Part shown: in pieces, positions 1 through 12,280 of the stretch
How the letters are laid out: every line of letters begins with the position of its first letter
How positions within the stretch are numbered: the stretch's first letter is position 1
From: Chrysomallon squamiferum
Taxonomy: Eukaryota; Animalia; Mollusca
Length of the DNA stretch: 64,000 nucleotides
Assembly: GCA_012295275.1 (NCBI GenBank)
Contig: CM022672.1
Coordinates: 25,110,001-25,174,000, forward strand
Direction of reading: 5' to 3'
Program-made: the position numbers and the translations under genes
Notes under the pieces: generated by a model
What the model saw: only the letters and a program-made list of their open reading frames with translations
Database searches by the model: none
What the model was told of the DNA's origin: nothing

Positions 1-129
1 TCATATTGATATTTAGTTTGGGTTATTGGTAGTTCATGGTGATTGTAGTACATTCACCTACAGAACAGTGACTTTTACTAAAGTCTAGTTTGAATGGTGT
101 TACCAATCTTTTGATTGCTTCTGAACTTG

Positions 130-235
130 TGACAGCCCAAACTTCACAACTGGTCTTCAAAAACCATGGATAACACTTGCGCATGTGAAGGTGCATATAA
201 ATGGTCCTTTGTTGCTAATTAGAATAACCCATTCA
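130..235 (+). mobile_element. Old SINE fragment (MetaSINE-like, from recollection)
   Basis: CACAACTGGT...GGTGCATATAAATGGTCCTTTGTTGCTAAT. Related reverse-strand copies (TTATATGCACC) occur at ~7465-7560 and ~46090-46140. Confidence 0.4.
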
Positions 236-302
236 TATTTCAGCTATGTGTGTAGCTGCATATAACTCAAAAATTGTATTGTTAACTTTTCTTTATTTCC
301 AG

Positions 303-3300
303 TATCTGAAGATTCTGAAATAATAGAAAATCCTTCAACTCCAACTGTACCTGGCTCTAGCATTAGCAGTGACTCTAGCAACACCAGTCTCAGGTATCTT
401 GTCAGTTATTTGTTTCTGTTATTCAAGCTGGGATTGAGCAATTCTGCTCAGGCAGCATCCATATAAATTTTTACATAACCCTCAAACTTACATACATAAC
501 TATGGATCCAACTAAATAAAACTGAAAAACTGTAGTTTATTTTAAGAAGATGTATAAAAGAATCACTTATGAATTTCAGTTTCTTAAGGTAATATAATTT
601 ATGCTTTTTATCATTATTGTGCATAACACAAATGTTAAATCTTATTGAATTTTAATTTTTTTAATTTTGGATAATAAAGATGGCAGTGGAAGGATTGATG
701 AATAGATGTGTGTGTGTGTTGTATGCAAATGTGTGCACACACTAATAATTCAATGATTATGGTAAGAACTTCTACACAAACTGAATGGGGAATGTGCAGT
801 TGAAATGTTTTGTTAATTGTTGTAGTAGTCGATGTTCCACACCTTCTGATTGTAAAGGAACTTCAGCAGTCCAGCCTCCACCAGTTTCTGAGTCGGGGAA
901 TATCATAGTGCCGACCCTGCGGTCATTTGACTTCCAGTCAATCAGTTTTCAACCCAGACCCCCACCTCAGAACATAGCAGCAGACCACACAACAAAGGAA
1001 AAAGTTAGGAGGTAAAAGCTTCTCTCTCAAGTTTTATAGCATGCTACTCTGAGGAATATAAATATTAAGATTTATATCACTAAACATTATTAATTACCTT
1101 ATAAAGAACTGATAACAAATACAAATTTTCATTTGTGTTCGTACTGGAGGTGTTCTTGCTATTATTTTATTAGCTCTATGTGTCTTTGATCTATAGTAAA
1201 TAAAAAAATAAAACATCCATTTTTATGTGAAACAGAATAATTCCACCTCGTATGTATATGACGTCTTGTCTAACATCATTTATGGTTTTGCTTTACTCAA
1301 CAGATGATTCTTTTTAAAAAAAAAAAGAAAATATTTAAAACAATGTATTTAACTTCAGTGTTTTAATCTTTTCACAACTGCTATTCTAGAGAGAGAATTA
1401 AAGACAGCTGTGATCAGCTCAGAGTGTTACTGCCATACATTCGTGGTCGAAAAACAGACATGGCATCCATTTTGGAAATGACTGTTGACTATCTGAAGAT
1501 AATAAACTCTGCATTACCTCAGGATTTTCAGACTCAAGTAAGTAATTACAACTATGCAAAACTGTTAAAAAATATTTACCTGACTGAAAATTTATCTTCA
1601 CTGGAAATGAAAAGTTATTATTGTAACAGCATAATTTACTATCTATAAAGATTAGATTTTGATTAACAACATTTGAAGTTATTTTTTTAATGTTTGAATT
1701 CCAGGTTATTAATATTCTTAGTAATGGGACAAGAGATGCTGCAAGTCCCACCAGAATGAAAACTGAGAATTCTCGGTCGTCCACTAAACGGAGTACCCGT
1801 CGCTCAGCCCAGCCTCCCGAGTCCCCATCAGTGACCCGAGTCACATCAACAGTGGAAGCAGGGTACTAAATATCTAGTGTATAAAGTTGTAAAAAATAGT
1901 TCCATTTTGCAAAAAGATTTTAAAAAACAACCAAAAAACTTGTGAGTTCTAAAAAAAAATTTTAACATCTATTTCAAATCTTTTAGCTATTTTAAGCAAT
2001 GCCCAATGTAAATCAGTAACTCTCAGTCATTTTCAGCAATGACCCAAGTCATCTTTCTCCTGGATATGAGGTTTTTGATGCACCCATTGGTTCAGGAAGA
2101 GCCACAAGGACGTCAACACCAGTTCCAGCTACAGCTACAACAACTACTGCTACCTTGCCAGTCACTGGTGTCAAAAGAGGTATTTTGTAGAACATACAAT
2201 TTATTATTACATGGTACTGTCGCATATGGCAGTAACTGAAATCTTTGTCTTTAGGCTGTTGAGGACAAGTCTTACTGTTTTAACGGTTCTTTTTCAGATC
2301 ATAAATTTTGATGGTATTTTCATCAGGTTGTATTTGTAGCAAATGCATTGCACTGTTATCAACTTATCAGTGGTATAACCTGTTTTAAAAAAAATGTGTA
2401 GATGGTTAAAATTCTGGTGTATGTTCATGGGTTTCTTCAAATTCAGATAGGGTTCTTTTTAACAGTATATTTATCATCATTAAAATTTATCCTCATATTC
2501 TTCTAATGCACACATTCTTGGTACAAAAACAAATTTCTTCAGTGTTTACAAACCACCCAAGATCATTTTGTATAATTTCAAATCAGTCATTGCTAATAAC
2601 TAAATAAAAAATTCAATATGATCACTTCATACTTTTTAATTGCTCAGACATAACTGAAACTTATGAACTGAAACCAGCAAAACGCATTCATCTTTCAAAT
2701 GAAATGACAGCACAGAAAGGCAATCAGGTACCAGTGATGTACCTACCAGGTGATGTTGAAAGAACAGAAAATCCAGGTAGATTTTATTATTATTGTTAAA
2801 TATAAAAAATATAAAAATGTGTTAAACATTTATGGAATTTATCTGAATCACAATAGCCAGCTGTTAAATTATGGTTTAGATAATTCTTTTGTGTGTATAT
2901 ATGTGTTGTTTATTAGTTTAAATTTGAAAATCAATTGAGCATTATATGTTGCTGAAAAAAAAAAAAAAAATCTGTAAAGATTCGTCAGTGCTACTGTTAC
3001 GGATGATTAAAATTATTTATTAAGATGCTTACAATACATTTTTGTTTGTCAGAAGTTTCAAGAGAAGACAATCCATCACCTTTCCACCTTCAGCCCCTGC
3101 ACCTGCCCCAGACCCACCTGTACACTGATGACAACAACAACCGCCTATACTCGAGCAGTTTTCTCACCCCTGCAGATGCCTACCAGGTTGCAACTCATGC
3201 ACAAATTCCATCCACCTCCACATCAAGAGTGACTGGACTTGACAGGGATGGCTATGGTCTGTACATGGACACTGGGTACTACCATTACTACACAGGCCAG

Positions 3301-3486
3301 ACAAGTGTGAACACCAGTTATTCAACAGCTGGTCTGTCAGACTATGTTAATCCCAATGCCGTTCTGCCCATGGCTTACTCATCCAGGCTAGGATCAGCAC
3401 ACAAGTTTGACGACCATGAGAGATTTTCTGGATTAGGAACAACTGATGACATTTATAACTTCTCCTCAAAAAGAGGAACTACCTGA
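303..3486 (+). CDS. SOHLH2: SOHLH2-like bHLH transcription factor, 5'-partial; exons 303-393, 826-1011, 1390-1537, 1705-1862, 2037-2179, 2648-2776, 3053-3486 (~428 aa visible)
   Basis: All introns are GT-AG with compatible phases (2,2,0,2,1,1), giving one open frame to TGA at 3484-3486. The spliced bHLH reads DHTTKEKVRR|ERIKDSCDQLRVLLPYIRGRKTDMASILEMTVDYLK, matching the SOHLH signature I recall (vertebrate SOHLH2 HSSKEKLRRERIKYCCEQLRTLLPYVKGRKNDAASVLEATVDY). A bipartite NLS-like GVKR-x10-PAKR spans exons 5/6 and the C-terminus is S/T/Y/P-rich. The start codon lies upstream of the window. Confidence 0.88.
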
Positions 3487-5321
3487 TGATAAACTGTGAA
3501 GGAAAAAGATGGCATGGGAATTAAAAAAAAAAAAAAAAAAAATTCAGTTGCTCACTTGTTTGATTGTATTACAGGCTGTTACTGAGACAGGTAAAGTTGA
3601 TTATCATTTAACATCAGTTCTTTGATTTTTTTGGTATACATCTGCAGATGGCTCTTTTTAGCATACCAAACAAAAAAATTTGTTACTTAAAGATAATCAG
3701 TTTATTGGGTAATCTGTTCTTGGTAATGTGCACAAAATTTGTACAGGCCTGTAGGAAAGTAATGCAACAATGTACTGTGATAATTTTCAAAATAAGGCTG
3801 GACCAGTTTGTTTTGTTTGTGATTGTTTTGGGTTTTTTTTGTTTACTTTGATACCTTTTTAAAAATTTCGTTTTTAAAATAGGTGATCATTAATACTCTT
3901 CTTTCCTTTTTTTGTAGCTTTGAAAATTATTAAAATGTATTTTTCATTTTAGGTACATTTATATATTACTTGATGTTTTTATACATGTATTCAGTTTAAA
4001 ACAAATGTATTGTTATGGTGTCACATTATGAGAAAGCTAGCACTTTGGAAATTGATGTAGCATAATGATGAAAGTTCTTTTTTAATATGAAGAGATTTTG
4101 GATTAAGTAAATTTTCATTTTAATTTCACTGCTTATTTCAGATAATATCAATCCTGTACACAACACATCATTTTTCTAAAGTATTTCGGAGAAAATAATT
4201 GAATTTTAAAATGAGAAACGCATGGAGCAATGAAGAACTAATTTCATCCTGATTATGTGAGATTTTTAGTTGAAATACTGCTCAGAGAAAAGAACTTCTG
4301 AGGAATTGTAAATGATTCATAAAAAATGTTAAACCCATGTAAACATTTGGTTTTGTCTGATATCAGACTAAAATGTGATGCAAAGCTGGTTACGTTTTTC
4401 AGTGAGTAATGTTAGTGTCATTTTTCAATTTTCTTTTTCTTTGGAGGCTGTTGTTCATCATCTGGTACATTTTTGAAAAGAAGATAATAGAAATGTAATT
4501 ATTTTGTGTTTGAAAACATTTTATTTGGCATTGTAACATCAGAAATATTACATGATGCTTTCAATTAGATGCCACCCTCAGAATATGTTTAGATTTGTTT
4601 AGATTTTTGAAATTTTGTTATGTTTGATGTCTTTAACTTATATGACAAAAGAAGTGCTCAGATTTGTTGGAAATTATTTCTTCAAGCTTTAGGTTGTCAA
4701 TCACTTGATTAATATCACTTTTAGAACACAAAATTTGTGAATCTCTCTTCTTTTTAATTTCTTCATGTGTAGTGATATTAGAAAAATTTACTTTTTTTTT
4801 TTTAATTGTTATTTTTATCTCTTCTTTTTTTTTTTTTTTTTAAAATCTTAATTTAAGAAATGTGCCAAGTCTACAAGTAACTGGTTGTTTTATATATGAA
4901 GAAAACATGCTAAAAAGGACATAGCATAACATTTGTTTATTATGTTGAACACACTATATGAGTACATTGGGCAGAAGTACTATTCAGTGTGATGAATTCT
5001 TGTATACATAAATGAATGGTTTTGGTTGGAAATACTATTCTGTGTCTACTGTAGAAAAAAACTTTTTGGATAAACATAGTGTTTTGGTCATAAATATCAT
5101 TCACTGTCAGTTTGGAATGAATAAGCAATCTCTAAAATTGACACTAGCATATATAAAAAAAAAAAGTTCTATATTTATATTATACAGCACAACAAATTAT
5201 AATGCCTGAGGAGAGTAGTTATTTTCATTATCTTTTTTCAAAACTATTATTTTTGAAAATTATTAATTTGTAGTAGATGTTTTCTTTCTGTTTCTGATTT
5301 TTACTATCATTTTCTATTTGC

Positions 5322-5369
<48 letters not shown>

Positions 5370-6294
5370 CATTATTATTATTATTATTTTAACTGTTTTG
5401 TTTTTTTTATTGGAGGAAAAAAAAAAAAAAAAAACCCCACTTTTTTTTTAATATTACAGTTTTTAGAAAGCAGGTAAAGAAGTGGATACAGTTTTAGCCT
5501 GTTTTTCTTTAATATTACTTTATATTATTTCTTGGTTTATTTAGTTGTGAATCTGTTTAAGTGAGATTTAAACAGTAAAGGTGGTGAAAACAAGCTGTGG
5601 GCAGTTGGCTAGTTTTCAGAATCCAAATCCAAATTCATAAAACCTTGATAAGCTTAGCTGGTAGCTGAATTATTCTAATAGGGGAGGGGGCAAAAACAAC
5701 AAAAACAAAACAAAAACAATCTTTAAAATTTCTACACCAAAATAGATAGGACTACCAGTTGGCTGAAATGTTGGTGAAGAGCTAACTTAGAAAGACTTGA
5801 TGAATTTCTTGTCTTTGGAGTGTTAAGAAAACTACTTGGTCTTTCAGAAGAAGAAAAAAATGCTGTGGCATTAATTATTTATTTGTAGATTGAGTTTTAT
5901 AATTGTTGTTGATTACCTTTATTTTATTTTATTTTATTTTTTTTGAAATCATAAGAAATTGTAAAAAAAAATTAACAAAATTATTTTGGTAATTAAAAAA
6001 TAATAAGCAAGCACAAACATTGTTGGTTTTTTTTTTTTTTTTTTGTTGTTTGTTGTATTGATCATTTTGTTTTTTAGGAGAGAATCTGTAGTGTGCTTTC
6101 CATAATGGTTATATGGAAGATATAGAAAATGTACAGTAAACATGTTTGTCTCCACCTCCATCCCAAAAATCTGTATTGTAAAATAAGCAGTTCGCTGAAT
6201 AATTCACCACATGTGGTGAATGGTTAAACCAAACTGAATTCTCAGTTTATATGGGGAAAATATGTACAAATTTGTTTATTTTTTAAATTAATAA

Positions 6295-8781
6295 TTAAAG
6301 CACACCTAGCAAAAATACACTGCCCACTCGATAGTTCTCCAAATAAAGACAGTCCTCTTCATTTGTTAATGTCAACCTTGGAGAACTGGTTGAAACTAAA
6401 ACACTTACCATTTATAAAAAATAATTTTAACCTTAGATATCCACTGCAAGATGACTACACTATTGAATAGTTAATTACTGTACATTTTGAAAACTTCTGG
6501 GATGTTTGTCCCTCTGAATTTCACGAATAACATTTTCTGTTGCTTGTAATACTATACACATATTTACACTGCTTCATGTTTTGTATGGTTTACCTTTAGG
6601 TGTTGATGTTCTGTTGCCAGCAAGAACCAAACTGAAAGAAAAAAGTGACATTTAAATTCTGTGTACACATGGACAGTTAGGGTACTATAGTCAGTGAAGT
6701 TGTTACAGACAAATAACCAGTTTGTATTATCATACAACTCTGAAAATTGTCACACTGATCCAAATATTAAGCCCTTCTTTCCCCCCGCCCATTTAGTATT
6801 TGTTTTCTTTCTTTTTCTAAAAACAACAACAAAACAAAACAAAAAAACATTGTGCAAGCATTAACATAGTTTATTACAAAATTTACAATAAAGAATCTAA
6901 CTTGGCTGCCCTAAGTGGTAATGTAACTGGTCCAACTTAAAGGATTAATGACTTTAAATTTTGATTGGGAATAATTTCTTTTACAAATAAAAACAAGACA
7001 GCTGTTGTAAATATAGTTGTAAATTAAGATGAAATTAATTATCCAAGGTTAAGTAGGAGATCTGTGTAGTTAAATGAAGATGTGTTTCATGTTCAGTTGT
7101 ATATTTAATTAATTTATTATTATAATTATTATTGCCAATAGGAAGTGTTTTATTTTAAATCACCTTTTATTTCTTGTTTTTTCAGTTGAAGATTTGTTTA
7201 CTATATCTGAAATTCCAAACAGCTCTTCTTCAGAACTCCAGCTACTGTCTACAGAGAAATTTGATTCGTCTAACCTAAACAAATATAAATATATAATTTT
7301 ATTTTTACATCAGTTTTAAGAACTAAATTCAGGCCTGGAAGTTAATGGCCTGGTCAGAGAAGAAAAAAAAAGGAAAATGTTTTCTTGACAGATTTTTAAC
7401 TGATTTACATACAGAAAATAATTTATGGTTACGATTTATATTTTTTTAATAGCAACAATGGTTCATTTATATGCACCCATCCTTGATCAAGATTAGATAA
7501 ACAATTCATGGACTACAGCCTTGAACAGGAAAATAGCCCAGTGAATACAATCCATGACACTTCTAATCATTAAACTGTAGTGTGTCCCACTGTCATCCTG
7601 AGAGCATGGGCAATGACTGCATTAAACTAATGTTATAATTTAAAATATTTAGTTACTACTCCAGTAATTGTCATAATTTCATGTATCTAAAGCAACTACT
7701 GGTGTTTCTGTTTTATTTATAATAATAATAATAGTAAACAGTATTAATAATAATGAGAAAAAGACAGACACAATCAGTTTTTATTTATAAAAGCCGCATA
7801 CCTCTACATTATAACTGCGCACGTGTTGTGTGTTTACACACAAGTAGTATTAGAGTACGTTTTAGTACAGTTTGTTACTGGTTAGGTGCATGTAACCTTG
7901 ACAGACTTGTTGAGGCAGATGGTTTCTGTAAAGTTTGATTCACCACTGCAACATCGATTGGTTTGCTGGGGAAGCTTAGACATGCTGCAGTCAGAACAAA
8001 CTGTTGTGAAATGTAAAATCGTTTTAGTTGTAGAAAACTAAACGACTGATGTTGATATCGACAAAAGAACAACACTCCCTTCTCGAAAATAATAAAAAGT
8101 ATTCAAAGCGGAAATGGCGACCTACTTAATGGTCACAGAAATAGCGAGGGATCTTTGATTTCAACCTCCCCATAACCAATTAAATACGCACTTAAAATTT
8201 TCATAAATAAATCATGCTGCCCTAATTACAGTAGAGAATAATAATAATAATAATAATAATTCTAATAATAATAATAATAATAATCCACAGTACTGATTAA
8301 ACTTAAAAACAAAAACAAAAAATTGCCTGATAATCGCGTTTTATATCAAATTAGATATGGGTTGTGCGTGTACCTTTAAGAAAACTACGCCAGATACTGA
8401 CAGAAATGAAATCAGATAAATGTTTATCATCTTTGTTGATATTATAATCTGTACTAACACTGTGACAATGTAGTTGGATCCTTTGTTTCGTTTTTTGCCG
8501 TGAAGCTGTGACAGTTTAATGTAGATCGGCTGTTCGTCCTTAATGCATGTTGAAAAACCTCCATCTGTTAATTTCGCCCATTCACTGCATCCCCTAAACA
8601 TGTATAAAAAAAAAAAAAAAAAAAAAAGAATCGTGTCCAACATTTTAAATTATTATTTTCATTTTTATTTATATTTATTTTTTTTTTTTTTTTTTTTAAG
8701 TGTGTTTGTACTTGTGTGTGTTTTGATGCGTTTTCAACATGCTTCAAATTATAATGTGTTGGCGATTAATGTTTAATCTAT

Positions 8782-8834
<53 letters not shown>

Positions 8835-9684
8835 TATCTGTGTCAGTGATACTTCACCAAAGGTTACTCGTGGCGTTTATAGCCACTGCTTCTTATATAT
8901 ACTGCAGACCCTCGATTTTAAGGACTAATAGGGGGAGCATAGGTGCGCAAATGCAAAAGTTTGCGAAATCGTGAATCTCAACATTAACCCTAAAATGTAC
9001 CGAAGCATTCAACTTTAGTACACAAAACATCTATATAATACAATAATATAAGAACAACAGAAAGACATAAAAACAGTGTAAACAAATGTCATACATTATA
9101 ATTATGTGAAGAAAAATATAAATTCGGTTGAGTGGAGTTTTTAGGTCAGGATGGTTATGGGTGCAGTTGTAAAATTTACTCTTGCCTTGATGGGAAAAGG
9201 GTTGAAAGAGGTTTGCCGTGATCGTACAGTGGGACTTGAATACTTAATAGCATCTAGAAGTGGGAAATGGCGGTAAGTTCAAATTTTTTCATATCTGTTT
9301 TCCCCGATTTGGTCACAAATCCGGAAACGAGGTCCGTAAAATCAACGGTCAGCAGTCTGTGCGTGTGTGCTTGCGCTGGTTTGTGTGTGTGTGTGTGTGT
9401 TTGTTCGTTCTTTGATTATAAGGCCTGTGGTCAACCAGTTCTTGAAATGAGGAGAAAAAAAAATATATATATATTCTGGGAAAAATAAGCAACAAATATA
9501 AAAGAGTTACAAATATCTAATCAGAGGTAAGCACATTTTACCTTCGTTTTTTGAAACAAAGGATAAAAGAAACAAGCAGAACTCCTATCGCCAGACAAAT
9601 TCCAATACCCACAACGATTCCTATCCACAGTTTAGATTCTGAAATTAATAACAGAAGTAGTAATAATAGTAATAATAATAATAA

Positions 9685-9722
<38 letters not shown>

Positions 9723-12166
9723 AATATAAAATAAAAATTTGAATATACACACCAGCATAAGAAATTATAAATCTATATTTGTTGTTAATAATTATTTCTT
9801 GAAGTTCGCTTGTTTGATGTTAAAATTAATAACTGGATAAAAATTATATACTGGTATAATAATGATATTGATATTGTAATAACAAATTTTTTACTAAATG
9901 AAAGCAGTATTAAATTAATTAATTTCGGTATATATTGTATTCATAAGATGTACCTGCATGATAATATTTTTCAGTCCAAGGTGAGGTATTGTCACTAATC
10001 AGTATAGAAAAATTTGATGTTCTTCCAGCGTCGGATACATTTTCTTCAAACGTGTCGCCACCACTGTTTAATGCGGTATGCTGGTGATAATCATACACGT
10101 AGGCATCGTCTGAAAACGTGCCCTTCTTGTCGCCATAGTTCAAATGTATTTTGGTTTTGCTGGGCTTAATTTTGGAGTTAGTGACAAACGATTCATCGAT
10201 TAGATTTGTATTGTCCAAAACCTGGTTCACTTCGCTGAGCTTATCGAGCTTTTTCTGTTTTTCGTCAACTATCTTCTTCCCAGTGTGTTTACCACTTTCT
10301 TTGTGGTGTGACCTCAACTTGTGATGGTCGACAGTGTTAACATCATGTACGTTATCACTTTTCTTTGAGGATTCTTTGGTGGACGATTTTAACAAAACAG
10401 CCTTGTTTGCCTCACGATGCGGCTGACTCTTGGCGTGGTCAATGTGTTTGTGATATTTGGCATGTTTGCTAATTGTCTTGTGAAGGTTCTTTTTCGATTC
10501 TACCATCAGCTCATGTTCATCTTTACTGTTGATTTTTTTAATTTTAGATTTTCCACCTAAACTTAACGAAGTTACAGGAACCGTTGCAAAAGTTTCTTTT
10601 TTTTCTTCTTCTTCTTTCTTTTCTATACTACCGGTCTTATACTGATAATGTTTTGCCGTATCCAGTTTTTCAATTTCATCTTTGACCGATTTTAATTTTT
10701 CTAGCTCTTCTTGCGGTGTGCGACTTTCGCCAGTTTCGACGTCATCATATTGCGAAACATCATCAGTCAAAGGTGTCGTACTGAAAACCATATTCTGCTA
10801 ATCGGTCGTCTGGAGGTGCTGGTTCATCGAGATCGAAAGCCGTGTTGTAAGAACGAATTGGGCCTCCATCAGACAGATCGCTGTCGCATTTTATATCTAA
10901 AAATAAATAAACTAAATAAAGAAAGACAGTCCATTTAAGTCTCGAAACTTAGGATACCAGCCAAAACCGACTGGCTGAAAGCAAACAAGACTTGTATGAT
11001 CATGCGCAGTAGTAGACCTATACTTATACGTATTTTAATATATAGGATACAAGTTTATCGGATACAAATTGTGACGTGCAATAAAAAAAATAAGGAGAAA
11101 TCTCACGAAAGTAATATTAACATAAACGGAAGAATAGTGAATTCTATACCAGAGACTCCAAAATGAAAGTACCTCCATTCGTTCCGTGACCGAGCTCGTA
11201 ACTCAGTTTGCTCGTATATCTTACCAATTTTCCCAACTGAAATTAGTTAAAATACCATGAATCCGTTCCAGCCCCCCCAAACCACCTAATTTTTTTTTGT
11301 TACGCGTTTTTAAATAAGAAAAAAATGTATTTATAAATGACAAATATTGTAAAAAATACAAAATAAAAGAGATTGTAAAGAAATAAATTGGTTTTGTAAA
11401 GTGTGTTTATCTTGGAGATCAAACAAATTATTTTTGGCTGGAGTTACAGTTTATCGACTCCTTCTGCTTCAGTATGGTATTATTTATGCTCTTACTGGCT
11501 AGCCAAATCGACTACATGCACACCTCGCTCGTGTTTTTCTACGATTTCATGCTTCTGTTTCTCAGCACTGTCCTTTGCACTCACGATTCAGAAAAGAAAA
11601 GAAATAATCCATGGACAGAAAAAAACGCAAGATGTTTCTGGATGCGAGTGAGATGCTGGATGCTGGCCGGATGTTGTGTTGTTGTTCGTTGCGCCAACTA
11701 ACGGCTGCGTATCTGAAGCTCGCTCGTAACTCGGATTTCGGCTCGCACCTCAAAGCAAAACACATCGACCAAGCGATTGCTCGTAATTCGGAAAACTCGT
11801 AAGTCAAGACTATTGGAAAATGAGGATATATTTAGATGACAGTATTAAAGCTATTATCTGATATAATTAAACCTATAGTTTCATTTCCTGTTTATATATA
11901 TACCCAGCAATCTGTGAGCAACTGTTTAGTGATATTTTTAGAACACAGTTTACAACACATAATAAGAACAAGTGATTATAATTGAACGATTCTTGTAAAC
12001 TCGGTGTTAAATGCTTTGTTAATCGTACGCCAACGCAGGCGTACACATCTTCATAAGCAGTTATAATCTTTGTTTCCTTAATAATAACAACAACGAACTT
12101 TACTGACTTACTTATGACACTCAAACATACGACCAGCTGGCCAAATAAGGTATGAATTTTTTGCAT
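6295..12166 (-). CDS. Uncharacterised type I single-pass membrane protein (~490 aa); exons 12112-12166, 9954-10896, 9542-9638, 8459-8593, (optional 7907-7984), 7164-7274, 6594-6631, 6295-6395; 1-nt frameshift in exon 2
   Basis: Signal-peptide exon MQKIHTLFGQLVVCLSVI ends at a GTAAGT donor (phase 1). The large exon encodes an acidic then Lys/His-rich ectodomain (ORF 9919-10791). The TM exon reads LWIGIVVGIGICLAIGVLLVSFILCF-KKRR. Cytoplasmic exons join in phase and contain YIKL and SSWSSEEELF. Exon 2 is 943 nt (3n+1) between two phase-1 junctions. The last exon is uncertain. Confidence 0.72.
8902..9355. mobile_element. Tigger/pogo-type MITE (~455 bp)
   Basis: ACTGCAGACCCTCGATTTTAAGGAC (8901-8925) and the reverse complement of 9332-9356 match at 21/25 positions. 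TA flanks the left end and TC the right. The TIR resembles Tigger CAGTAGACCCTCG ends. Confidence 0.7.
11146..11815 (-). mobile_element. Internally deleted Tigger/pogo DNA transposon with remnant CENP-B-type (HTH_psq) transposase N-terminus
   Basis: Minus strand 11451-11587 gives IVSAKDSAEKQKHEIVEKHERGVHVVDLASQ*...TILKQKESI, typical of TIGD1-like transposases. Subterminal GCTCGTAAC/T repeats occur at both ends (11194, 11722, 11779). Ends are approximate. Confidence 0.75.
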
Positions 12167-12199
12167 TTTCTCGCCATTTCAGTTCATTTTAATCACCTG

Positions 12200-12280
12200 T
12201 CACATATTAACGTAATGCTTAGCACAATATTTTGCGTCATTGATATATGACGTAATCCCGACAGATTCAAAACTTTCGTA
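12200..12280 (-). promoter_or_regulatory. Putative proximal promoter of the membrane-protein gene with CRE-like motifs
   Basis: TGCGTCA (~12233) and TGACGTAA (~12248) lie 70-90 bp upstream of the ATG at 12166. Motif match only. Confidence 0.3.

Noticed and set aside
1419-1844. 141-aa minus-strand ORF
   Set aside because: Antisense shadow of SOHLH-like exons 3-4 and the intron between them.
3487-5300. CPE/PUF-type germline translational elements in the SOHLH-like 3' UTR
   Set aside because: Such U-rich motifs are expected by chance at this AT content, and the transcript end is unknown.
11611-11802. Plus-strand ORF MDRKKRK... ending near a GTAAGT
   Set aside because: Lies inside the Tigger element; the GTAAGT is part of its terminal repeat.
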